Below, one piece after another: positions 50,871 to 62,279 of a stretch of 64,000 nt of DNA. The notes under the pieces were generated by a model. The model did no database searches. It was not told the origin of the DNA and worked only from the letters and a program-made list of their open reading frames with translations. The stretch's first letter is position 1. The number at the start of each line of letters is the position of its first letter. Origin of the DNA: Carcharhinus longimanus (Eukaryota); assembly GCA_030264375.1 (NCBI GenBank), contig JASCQW010000032.1, positions 27,842,610 through 27,906,609 of the forward strand. The letters are read 5' to 3'. Both the position numbers and the translations under genes were made by a program.

Positions 50871-51739
50871 GATTTGTCCCAGCAGAAAGCTGTGCCAGGT
50901 CAACAGACCTTTCCATGGTCTGCCCCTCGCCAGCTCCGATTCCCGTGGCAGATAGGATGGAAGAATTCTAACCGCTAAATCAGTGCTTCCCAAATCTTTT
51001 CTTGGTGTGACCTTATAGTGCTTTAGACTTTGCATGACCCCAGGGTAAAAATCTGGGAGAAATTGGGAGGTTCTGACAGTTGTTGAACTGGGTGGGGAAT
51101 GGGGGAAGGACTTGTGTGTTGGTTGGGGTGGGGAAGGGGGGTGTTGATGAGAGGCAGGATTGCCCCCAAAAATACCAAACTCCCACGTGTTTACAGATTT
51201 ATTTTCACAGCAGCAATTAGGCCTCAGAGAGCAGTCCATTAGGCCGTGCCACCAACAAATACATCACCAGGATTTAAAGGGGCCTCACAGCTGTCAGAAA
51301 TCAGTCCAAGCTTCCAGGCAGCCATTACTACCTCGGAGCCCGCAACCCCAACCTCTCACCTTGCGACCCTACTTGGTGTCATGTCCCCCCAGTTTGGGAA
51401 ACCCTGCCCTAAATACTCTTGGAAATTTCACATACATCACCTCAAAGATGGGAACACCTTTATTGCTTACCTCTGTATCTTTTCACTGGCAATAACATCC
51501 TTATTGTTTCTCGGTGATGAAAATAGCCCATAGTGCTATAGCAGAACCTAATCCACATTGTACATAGTGATAAAACAATCTTTTTCTTTAATCCACCTAA
51601 TGGGATGATTTGGTTAATATGCTCTCCCTGACTCTACCGATGCAAACCAATTTAATGTATGTGAGATCAAATAGTAATTAGCTGATGTGTAGGGAAGAAG
51701 CATTTAAATTATAAAGATGATCAGAAGCACTTAATGGAG

Positions 51740-52973
51740 GAATGTGACTTCCAGGTACTGCAGTGTTGGATTTGCGGGACGTTTCAAATGTACAGTGGGG
51801 ATCTGTCTCAGAACTTCCCAGGCAAGCATTTGTACGGAATTGCTCACAAATTCTTCTAGGCAATTGAACCATCGGGAAATGCGATTTAAATGAGTCTGCA
51901 CATTCTTCTTGTGTCTGTATAGGTTTCCTCCAGGATGCTCCATGCTAAATTCCCTGTCAGTGTCCCCAGGTAGGTGCCGGAGTGTGGCAACCAGAGGATT
52001 TTCACATTAATTTCATCGTAGTGTTAATAATGCAAGCCTACTGGTGACAGTAATAAATAAATTTAAACTTAAATTGTGAGCTTCTTATAGTTCCACTAAT
52101 GTTAAACTAATAGTTAGTTTGAAACAGTGAAAAGACCCATGAGCCCCCAGGTGACTCTCCCACCCCCTGACTACCCACCCTTCTCTGGTATTCCCTAACC
52201 CAATCCACCCATGGGATTTGATTCCCCTAACCCCCCTGACCTGGAAACCATATGGGACTCTCCTGACTCTCACAAGACAGAAGACCCGGCCTTCCCCAAT
52301 CCAATCCTGCCGGACTCCTCTATTGACCCCAGCCCTATTCCCTTCCCCGGCTCACACAGCCCCCAACCTAATTCCCCAAAAGAACCCACAGTCCACGAAA
52401 TAACTCCCACTCTGATCCAACACTTCACCACCATAACCCAGCGGGAATACCTATGACCCGACCTGACCCANNNNNNNNNNNNNNNNNNNNNNNNNNNNNN
52501 NNNNNNNNNNNNNNNNNNNNNNNNNNNNNNNNNNNNNNNNNNNNNNNNNNNNNNNNNNNNNNNNNNNNNNNNNNNNNNNNNNNNNNNNNNNNNNNNNNNN
52601 NNNNNNNNNNNNNNNNNNNNNNNNNNNNNNNNNNNNNNNNNNNNNNNNNNNNNNNNNNNNCACTTATCCAATCTCAAATTCATCCTATCCATTTACCTTA
52701 GACATTTAATTTCTCCCCAGCTAGTCATTTTCAATCGAACTTGAAACTTACCTGCTTTCCAGCTGTTCGTGTAGTTAAAAATACAAAGGGTGTGGCAGTC
52801 TTCACTTTGACTCTCTGGTCTTTGACACAGGACTTTGGAGACTGTTGCGCTGCCTGGATCTTACACGGCTGATTGCCTGGCAAGGCAGATACAGGAGGAA
52901 ATTTGGCACAAGTATGTAATTGGGCACTGAGTGGCTATCTGGTGCTGATTGGCACTCCCAGGAAGTTATGGGC
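51740..52973. mobile_element. Probable non-autonomous TIR element with a nested type-B SINE (51890-52072)
   Basis: Imperfect inverted ends tgtgacttccagg / ccaggaagttatgggc; C-rich interior. Confidence 0.35.
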
Positions 52974-53002
52974 TTATGTCTTGGTTATGGGCTTATGTCT
53001 TG
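52965..53002. repeat. Perfect 19-bp tandem duplication
   Basis: gttatgggcttatgtcttg twice. Confidence 0.9.
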
Positions 53003-53527
53003 GTTCAAATGAAATCTTCTGCGTATAATGGTTCAGATATTCTAATGAGAATTGCAAACCCCATTTTGCACCCTGATCAGGTGGGAATGCATATTTACCT
53101 TCTTCTGGTTTTTCTGTGTGATTTTTCTGATGGAGGATCTTTCTTATGTGACTCAGTGCTGCAAACCTCAGGGNNNNNNNNNNNNNNNNNNNNNNNNNNN
53201 NNNNNNNNNNNNNNNNNNNNNNNNNNNNNNNNNNNNNNNNNNNNNNNNNNNNNNNNNNNNNNNNNNNNNNNNNAGTGCTGCAAACCTCAGGGGCAGCAGC
53301 ACAGAGAGTCTACAAAGAAACCATGCCCTCCTTTTACAACACTAGCTGCTGCCATACTCCAATGAAGAGTTTAAGGCCGGAATCTTATCATTGTTCACGC
53401 CAGCAGGATTTTCCCATCCTGCAGTAGTGAACGGAGATCTGGCTGGCCGCCAAATTCTCTAACCTTGCAGCAGTGGGAGCATGGGTGAATGGTATGTCCT
53501 AAAGCCGCTTTGAAAAACTATGGCGAG

Positions 53528-53945
53528 AAAGCAGCATGGTAGCAGAGTATGTGACACTGCTGCCTCACAGTGCCAGGGACCCGGGTTTAATTCTGGGCTT
53601 GGGTATCTGTGTGGAGATTGCCCATTCTCTGCATGTCTGTGGGTTGCCTCTGGGTGCTCCATTTACCTTCCACAGCCCAAAGATACGCAGGTTAGGTGGA
53701 TCGGCCATTCAGAATTACCTCTCAAATCCCAAGATGTGTATGTTAGGCAAATTGGCCATGCTAAATTGCCCCTTGGTGTCCCACAATGTGCAGGTTAGAT
53801 GGATTGGCCATGCTAAATGTGCTGGGTTATGGGGATAGGGCAGAAGGATTGTCCTAAATAAGATAGTCTGACAGTGAGTCAGTGCAGACTCAATGGACCT
53901 GATGGCCCCCTTCTGCACTATTGGGATTCTATAGATTCTATTCTA
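53528..53945 (+). mobile_element. HE1-type V-SINE with three V-domain units
   Basis: ggttaggtggat(c/t)ggccat-like unit at about 53690, 53742 and 53793. Confidence 0.9.
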
Positions 53946-54799
53946 TAATGTAAAGTAAGTGGATAGGGTGGGTAAGGCAATTTAATAAAGAGATGTGATG
54001 AGTGATTAAAGGGGTAGGGTAAAACGGACNNNNNNNNTTTTTAAAAAAAACGTCCCCCCCCCCCCCCCCCCCACCCCGCTTTCTCAGGCAACTTGAGTGG
54101 CACTTTTCAAAAAAAAGCACAGGCCAAATGTCAGCCAAGACTTACACTGCAACCATAGGCCAGTTGTTCAGATTGCAGATCCTGAAACATAAATTATTTA
54201 TTAATCTCCTACATAATAACATCAATCAAAAGGAACACAAAAAGCAGCTAAAAATGGGAATATTTTACATTAGTCTGCAAGTCGTAAATGTACAATGCAA
54301 TACGTATTATCATTTCAGTGTGAGGCTGAAAGAATCATTCTAGAAATCCGATAAGGAAAAGACATTGCGTTTTCAAGGTTAAAATGACAGGATACAGAGA
54401 ATAGAGAAGTGCTGCGCAAATAGCATTCATTCATCGGGAACTCAGGTTGATTCAAATCTTGACTCGTGGACGTAACAGTTACTTCTCTCTGATAGCTATT
54501 GGGATTATATGTGAAATGAGTCTGATCGTAGCCCAGGTCCTATTGTCTGTAAGACTCACACCAGAAAATGGTGTGGGTGCAGCTGGCAATCTTCCTCAGA
54601 GTACTGAATTGCTTGCAGTTGGAAATGGATGTTTCATACTGCTGCAGGTAAGAGGACATTGTTCTGAGATTGCAGCTCCAGTTGCATTAGTTTAGGGAGA
54701 ATTCCCTTGACACTTTGTGGTGAATATGTTGCAAATCCCACTTATGGATATGAACAGATTTCAGTTGAACTTGCACCAAAACAGAGCTGAAGGTGCCTC

Positions 54800-55340
54800 A
54801 TCAACAGCAACAGTAATAAATTTGAGTTTATTTATTAGTGTCACAAATAGGCTTACATTAACATTGCAATGAAGTTATTGTGAAAATCCTCTAGTCGCCA
54901 TACTTGGCGCCTGTTCAAGTACATTGAGAACGAATTTAGCATAGCCAATGCATCTAACTAGCACATCTTTTAGACTTGGAGGAAACCCACATGGACATTG
55001 GGAGACCGTGCTGACTGTGCACAGATAGTGACCTAAGCCAGGAATTGAATGCGGGTCCCTGGCGCTGTGACGCAGCAGTGCTAACCAACTGTGCCATAAT
55101 GTGCATTTGTAAGGTGCATTTCATGTAATAAAACATCTTTGGGGGACTTCACAGGAGCATTATGAATAAAAACAGACACCAAACCACATGAGGTGACTAA
55201 AAGTTTGTTCAAAGAGTTTTTTTTAAAGAAACATTGTAAAGGAAAAGAAAGAGGTGGAGAGGTGTTGGAAGGGGTTGTCAGAGCTTCAGGTACAGGCAGC
55301 TCAAGGCTCAGCTACCAATGGTGGACCAATTAAAATTGAA
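54800..55340 (-). mobile_element. L2-type LINE 3' end interrupted by a type-B SINE (54812-55098)
   Basis: caacagcaaca..gcatttgtaaggtgc..cttcacaggagc..aggtgactaaaagtttgttcaaagag. Confidence 0.65.
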
Positions 55341-55849
55341 GCAATTCCTTCAACCTTATTGCAGCAAATATCCGATAAATGCAAGTGTTGAGCCGTTGTG
55401 AAAGAAAAGTAGAGAAGTTCCTATCACTGGTATTCAAATTCTTTATCTAAATGAGTACAAATGTCAACCAAGTTAATCAACTAAAATGATGACAGAACAG
55501 CACCCGTGAAGTGTTCATTTACACAGACAGTTAAATCACCAGGCTGCTATCCCCATGATCCAGGGTTAGACATGTGCATAAATCACTCCTTTAGAACAGA
55601 GACAATTATTGCAGCGGCTACTGAAAGCACATGCAAACTATTTGGGGATTATAATAACATGTTTATACTGACAATGAAGGCATAACAAAATTATCTTGGT
55701 TACGTTCATTCACAAACCGCTACTGAAATAGAAAAAGACATTATTTCATCTGACTCAGTGTTAAAACTAATTTCTGTGCTCAATAATCCCATGTGAGATC
55801 AAAATATGTTGAAATATGCAAATGAAACCAACAAAGAATTTAAAGTCCA

Positions 55850-56073
55850 CTTGGCCTTTTGGCTAAGATCAAGCTTAGGATTAAGTCCGTGATTGGGTGT
55901 AATGCTTGCTCTTGTCAGCTTGGATCTGGTATGTCTCTTATCTGGGGGCTGTGAATTGGATTCAGTTTGAATTAGGTTTTGGAGCAGGCCAGGAGATGGA
56001 TTAGAGGCTTGTCCAGTCCACTCTGTGCATTGTCTTTGTAATTCTGAGAAAGGAAGGAAATTATATAAAAAGA
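55850..56073 (+). pseudogene. U2 snRNA-derived retrocopy, copy 1
   Basis: ggccttttggctaagatcaag equals the U2 5' end; later ttttggagcag..ggagatggattagaggcttgtccagtccactc matches the U2 Sm site and stem III; two non-U2 inserts. Confidence 0.8.
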
Positions 56074-56127
56074 ACAATGGCTTGAGTGAACTGCCTAAAT
56101 GCCTGGAGATCAAAAGATTTGAACAAA

Positions 56128-56640
56128 GTGGCATGTTAGCACTGCTGCCTCACAGCGCTAGTGACACGTGTTCAATTCCAGCCTCGGGTTACTGTCTGTG
56201 TGGATTTTGCATGTTGTCCCCGTGTCTGCATGGGTTTCCTCCAGATGCTCTGGTTTCTTCCCACACTCCATAGATGTGAATGGCCAAATGGCAGAGCCGC
56301 TGGCATTGGNNNNNNNNNNNNNNNNNNNNNNNNNNNNNNNNNNNNNNNNNNNNNNNNNNNNNNNNNNNNNNNNNNNNNNNNNNNNNNNNNNNNNNNNNNN
56401 NNNNNNNNNNNNNNNNNNNNNNNNNNNNNNNNNNNNNNAAGAAATAAAGCGTAGAGAACAGTTAAGAATTAAATAAAATGAAATAAAAGCAAGTTAGGTT
56501 AATTGACCCAAGCTAAATTGACCCTTAATGTTGGGCATTAGCAGGGTAGTTGTTATGGGAATAGGGCCTTGTGTAGGATTGGTTCTGGGCCAAATGGCCT
56601 CCTTCTGCGCTGTAGGGTTTCTATGATTCTGTTCTATGAA
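56128..56640 (+). mobile_element. HE1-type SINE split by an insertion or gap
   Basis: Head at 56128-56270; V-domain and tail at 56494-56640. Confidence 0.75.
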
Positions 56641-57004
56641 AGAGATGGATACAGATCTCATAAAGCAGCTATGTAAACCCACAATAATAAATTAATCTGT
56701 CAATAGGCAGGAAAGAAATCAACACCCTTGCGCCCAAGGGTTTACAGCCCCCCCGCAGTGTGTCTCCCATCGACTGATGCAGTGGACCATTTGATTTGCC
56801 ACTTACTTCAGCAAGGACTGTACTATCCCACTGAGCAGGAGGGGCAGGAAAATCCTGGCCCAATATATTTCATCATGAAGTCACTCAATGAATATAAAAA
56901 GCTTGTGCCATTCTTTAAAGACCAGGTCGCATATTGAGACCATTTTAGTATCCTAAACAGTGTATTTCTTTAGATTCATAAATGAACACATTTAGCAGAG
57001 TGCA

Positions 57005-57350
57005 GAAACAGCAACAACAACTTGTGTAACATCTTTACTGCACTGAAATGTCTCAAGATGTTTCGGAGGTTTATATTCAGAAAAAGATTGACGATCAGCC
57101 AAAGAATAAAGGATGTAGGGATGTAGGAACTGTGTTTGGCCATTCCTGCCTTGGATTCTGTTCCATCAGTCAATGTGCTCAAGATTAAACTGCGATCTGA
57201 CTTCACATATCCAGCTATCCAAAGTTAGCTGCTCTCAAATTTAGGTTGACAGTTGATCCAACATTATTTGTGGAAGAGAATTCCAAACACTGACAATTCT
57301 TTGTACATCAAGGTGGTTTTACTCCTCGAAAGGAATGGTCCTTACCTTTA
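57005..57350 (-). mobile_element. L2 tail (57005-57115) and old CR1 tail (57115-57350)
   Basis: caacaacaacttg..aaatgtctcaag; tggaagagaattccaaac. Confidence 0.5.
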
Positions 57351-58897
57351 GAGCAGTGGATGGGATGGGAAAATCTGGCAGTCATCCGGAAATCAGTTTC
57401 TCACTGGGGTAAAAAAAGACTGCCATTGGGTAGGCTGCCATACCATGGCGGGAACTGCATTTGGTTGCACTTAAATATCACCGATACTCATTATGCAACC
57501 AACTCGTCAGAATCACACTGCACTGCAGATGAAAAGGCCACATCAGTGGCTAACGAGGCTGATGTGATTCACAACCACTTATGAGTGAGATGCGCCTGAC
57601 AACCTGTACATTACTCCTGACGTTGAGATGTCTCCATTTACTTTGCTATGTGCTGCATTAGCTGCTGCTCCGATTCAGCTCCAAGGCTGCACGGGCAAGA
57701 GTAGGAGTAGCTCAAAGAGAATCAGAGCCAAGGCTTTCCTCTGCAGACCAGAAGCAAGGCAGGGAAGAAAGAGGTGGGTGGTGGAAGGGATTGGACGGCA
57801 TAGGCTTGACTGGGGAAGCAAGTGCACTGACACGTGATTAGTGTGGAGTGGGGATATAAGTTATTTAAGGGGGCAAAAACATAGACACTCCTGGGCAACA
57901 GCACAAGAAGTATTTGGGGCCAGAATGCATAGGCAGTCTTGTGGCTATTTGCCACAATTTACNNNNNNNNNNNNNNNNNCAGTCCAAGGAGGCAGAGGGC
58001 CTGTCAGTCCTGTTTTAGTCATGTCCAGTGTAGTGCACAGGTTGTGGTCAGTCTGTCACACACATCGGCCTTGGGGATTTCCACCTTCATATTGGACTGT
58101 AGATGGCACAGTCACAGTTGGGTGGCATCTACAGCCCATAGGTGGAAAAGTGGGAATGTAGGGACTGGCATCATGGCCTCAGGGGAGGGAGTGTGGTGTC
58201 TGTAGGCCATAGATCAATAGGCCTCAAGATGGGGAATGAGAATCACATCTAAATGAGGCATTGGGACATCAACATGAAGAGGTTTAGAGGGGAGGACAGG
58301 AAATTGCATGATTGTAATGGTGAGATCAAGGATTAGAGGGGTGGATGGAGGGAGAGAAATCTGCACATGATGCTCTCCCAGCACAATGGGAGGAATTTCC
58401 ACAGTCACATGGGGGTAGGGAGAGCAAAACTGGTCTGCTAATAGAATCTCAGCACAAGAAATCTCCAAAATGAATCTGACATAGTTAAAAAAGATAGGAT
58501 AGTATGAAAAGAATTGCCAAGGGAGGAGTCTCTCAGCTTATGGGAGGAGACAAACAGAGCACTCATGATCTGCTTGAAGAGGCACCTATCTAACTCCAGT
58601 TAACCTCATGGCGTGGAAAGCACAGCTGAGACATGTTAGGAACAGTCGTGTGCCAATTTAACAAATTTGCACCTTAACTCTTACAGCACATCCATATGAA
58701 GGTGTAATTCCTACTGGGGCCAGTGAATAATTGCCTTGCAAAGAACCTTTGGCCCACTCATGGGAAACCCTGAGCATCAGAGGTAACCAATAGAAAAGGG
58801 GCCATGGGCCCTAATACAGACACTTAATGGCCTTAAGATCATATGGCTGGCAGGTTCAAATATGGGAACCCTGTATCTCACCCCCAATAAACTCTCA

Positions 58898-59023
58898 GGG
58901 TGGAATTTTCTGGTTGAACCCGCCCCAAAACTGGAAAATCCCACCCGAGGTCAATGGACTTTTGCTTGGTTCGTCACCTCATCTGCTACGATTCCCATGG
59001 CGAGCAGTTGGGAAAACTCCCCC
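58898..59023 (+). mobile_element. Harbinger-type MITE with TCA target-site duplication
   Basis: tca-gggtggaattttc..ggaaaactccccc-tca. Confidence 0.75.
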
Positions 59024-59479
59024 TCAGTCTTTCACTACAAATAGGCGTTTTTACTCCTTGAAAGGAATGGTCCTTGCTGTGGAAAGTGAAGAATACAGCC
59101 TGATTGTGCCCTGCTTGAGGCTTGTAGTGCCTGGGAGAACTCTTTCAGATCCAAGCCCTATTTCAAAGCCCTGTCACTGCAGTTGCATTTGCTGGCTAGG
59201 TGGGTGGGGATGCTGGGGTATTGGGATACTGGGTGTGCTTCAGGTGATCCTGAAGGCTGTAGCAAAGGGACTTTTTGGGCTATAATGGAATCACAGTAAA
59301 CCTTTAGCTTCATAGTTACTCCCCAGTAAGGAATAGGAATATGCCCTCTATGGGTTTATGCTCCTTTATGTTTCTGCTCAGTATTCCTGCAGAGATGATC
59401 ACTCAGGGAATATGGATTCCCTGTTGCGGTCATCCGCGGAATCAGAAGGAGGATGAGAAGGGCCCATCACAGTCAGGCT

Positions 59480-60480
59480 GGGCAAAGGGGAGAACCTTAC
59501 TCTGATGAACAAGGGCCTGTGGGGTCCCTGCAACACTCAGAAGCTTTGGCTGACAAAGCCATTGAGTGTAGAGACCTGGCAAGACCAAAGATATACAGGA
59601 GATGTATACCTCATACCTCCAGATGAGTGAAAGATGGCTTTGCATGTCTGGGGATGTCTAGGGATGTAGTGGCTCACAACTGCCACATTCTCTGGAAGGG
59701 GTTGATGCTGCAGGGATTAGGAGGCTTCCCTTGCTAATAGTTCAATCCATGACTCCACTCGGACCTGTACATGAATTCTCAAGTGTCTGCTTGTGGAAGG
59801 TCACCAACAAATTATTTAGCAAGGCCAGAGCAGTGGGTTTTGCTGCCAGATTCCCGGAGAGTGAGTATGTTCTACAATTACATACATGTGGCTTTAAGAG
59901 CTCCCTGGAAGCAGCCGCTATAATTCATCAACAGGAAAGGCTCCCGCTCTCCCAGTGTGCAGCTGGTCTGCAATGACTGAAAGCAGAATATGCAGGTGTA
60001 TGAGAGGTAGCCTGGGAGCTTCCACAACTTGTACATCTTGAGTCATTCACAAGTGCACATAGATCTTCAAGGGTCCTTAGAGTACTCAGGACTGGTTGCC
60101 CGGTGACAAAGGCCATCCATAAAAGGCATGGCTGATGATGCCTCCAGCAAATTGAGCCACAAAGTGCTTCAGAGGAGAGGCGTAACGTTGCTCACAGTGC
60201 AACGTACTCACTGACAGAACAGATCACTGACATCTTGAAGATGTGTTTTCAATGGACAGGTCAAGCGGTTCTTTCTAGTAAGCTCCTCAGAGGGTCTCAC
60301 ACATCATTGTGGCTTGCTGTGCTCTACACAACCTGGTGCTCCAAAGGGGAGATGCTTTACCAGATATCAAGATGGAGGAACTGATGGTAAGAGGGCTGAG
60401 CTTGGTAAGGGTGATGAAGCTGAGGCTCCAGAGGAAGAGGCCATAACACGGGCTCGATGAGGCAGGTGTGAATGTGACAT
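59480..60480 (+). pseudogene. PIF/Harbinger (HARBI1-like DDE) transposase pseudogene
   Basis: THVALRAP..FINRKG..VQLVCND..PGSFHNLYIL..GDKGHP*KAWLMMP..IIVACCALHNL; multiple stops and frameshifts. Confidence 0.8.
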
Positions 60481-60892
60481 GTTTATAGGCATCAGTTTCC
60501 AGGAGGAGGATGATGACTGAAGACAATTCTCTTTCTCCAGTGCCTTCCATGCTGGCTCCATTTTACCACCTTTGTTGCTCTCATCCTCATCGCAATGACT
60601 TCAATCTTTGGATTAGTAGTTACATTCCAGTGCGACAATGTCCGCATTGTTGGGAAATAAGACAGTCTTGGGAGCATGTATCATTTCTGTGATGTGATAA
60701 CAGTGGCAGCAGTGCATTTCCTGAACACAGTTGAGATGGTACAGTATCTTCAAGCATCATACCAATGTTCCACTGAAGACAGCATTCTATTGTAGCTTGG
60801 AGCAGCAGTGCTGTCCTCAGTGCTCTTGTGGCAGTATTATGACAAGAATTGCTCTATAGACATCAACCTTCACTCAGCAAATATGACGTCTA

Positions 60893-62250
60893 GAGAATCA
60901 TAATATCATAAAGTCATAAAATTTTATAGCCAAAAGGAGGCCATTTGGTCCATCATGTTGGTACTGGCTCTTGAAAGAACTACCCAGCTAGTCCCATTTT
61001 GCAGTCCTATCTTTGTAGCCCTCTAAATTCATCACTTTCAAAATTGTATCCAGCTCTATTTTGCATTCCAAATCACAACAACTCTTTGAGTAAAGCAATT
61101 TCTCTCCATCTCACTCCTAGCTCTCTTGAAATTGTGAACCATAGTCACTAACATACCAACTAGCAGACACAGAATATCCTTCTTTACCCTGTCAAAATTG
61201 TTCTTCATTTTGAACACCTTAATAAGGTTACCTCTCAGCCTTTTGGCTAAGATCAAGCATCACATCCAGCCCAAGGTGAGGTGCAATGCCTCATCTTGTC
61301 AGCTTGAATCTTGTTTGTCTCCCTTGTGGGGACATTGAATTGGATTCAGTTGGATTTGGTTTTTGGAGCAAGCAAGGAATGGAGTTGGGATTGCCTGGTT
61401 CCCTCTGATCATTGGCTTTGTAAACTTTAAGAATGGGTTTAAAAAAAGGTCACCTCTTAATCTTCTCTGCCCCAAGGAGAATAAGCTCATTTTCTCTCAT
61501 TTTCCTTGTATCAAAAATTTCTCATTCCTGGTACCATTATAATATATCTCCTTTATTCTCTCTCTTGGGTTTAAACATCCTTCTTTAAATAAGGTACCTG
61601 GAACTGAACACAATACTCCAATTGTGGTCTGACCAATGATTGTAGAGATGTAGCATCACTTTCTTGCTTTTATACTCTATGTCTCTATTTATAAACCTAA
61701 AAATCCTATGAGTTTTCTTATCAACTTGCCTGGCCATTTTCAGCAAATTATGCATTTGAGGTCCCTCTGCTCCTGTATTCACCGCAAAATTGCACCTTTG
61801 AGCCTGTATTGATTCCCTATGCTTTTTCTACCAAAATGTATTACCTCACATTTCACTGCATTGAAATTCACCTCATAGAATCTCCAATGGAAGGAGGCCA
61901 TTTAGCCCATCGAGCCTGCACTGACAACAATCTCACCCAGGTCCTATCCCCTTANNNNNNNNNNNNNNNNNNNNNNNNNNNNNNNNNNNNNNNNNNNNNN
62001 NNNNNNNNNNNNNNNNNNNNNNNNNNNNNNNNNNNNNNNNNNNNNNNNNNNNNNGATTGGTAGGTATTGATGTGATCGGCGCAACTTGTGGGCCGAAGGG
62101 CCTGTTTGTGCTGTAGTGTTCTATGTTTTATAATATCCACAGCACTACCCTCACTCACTGCCGGTGTCACCCTGTCAAAGAACTCAATAAAATTTGTCAG
62201 TCATGGCCTGCCCTTGAAAAAGCCGTGTTGACTGTCTAGTATGATAGTGC
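60893..62250 (-). mobile_element. CR1 LINE 3' part with nested U2-derived element and SINE/LINE tails
   Basis: RFINRDIEYKSKKVMLHLY, LFSLGQRRLRGDL, IKVFKM..FTQRVVVIWN. Confidence 0.85.
61236..61445 (+). pseudogene. U2 snRNA-derived retrocopy, copy 2, with A-tail and TSD
   Basis: gccttttggctaagatcaag..tttttggagcaag; flanked by aaggttacctct (61224-61235) and aaggtcacctct (61446-61457). Confidence 0.8.
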
Positions 62251-62279
62251 AATTTTTCTGGGGTACCTCCTTCCCCCTT

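Noticed and set aside
55850-56073. Functional canonical U2 snRNA gene
   Set aside because: Branch-point-pairing motif and Sm site are altered, there are insertions, stem IV is degenerate, and no PSE or 3' box was recognised
59480-60480. Domesticated HARBI1 gene
   Set aside because: Multiple stops, frameshifts and deletions; consistent with a dead transposon copy
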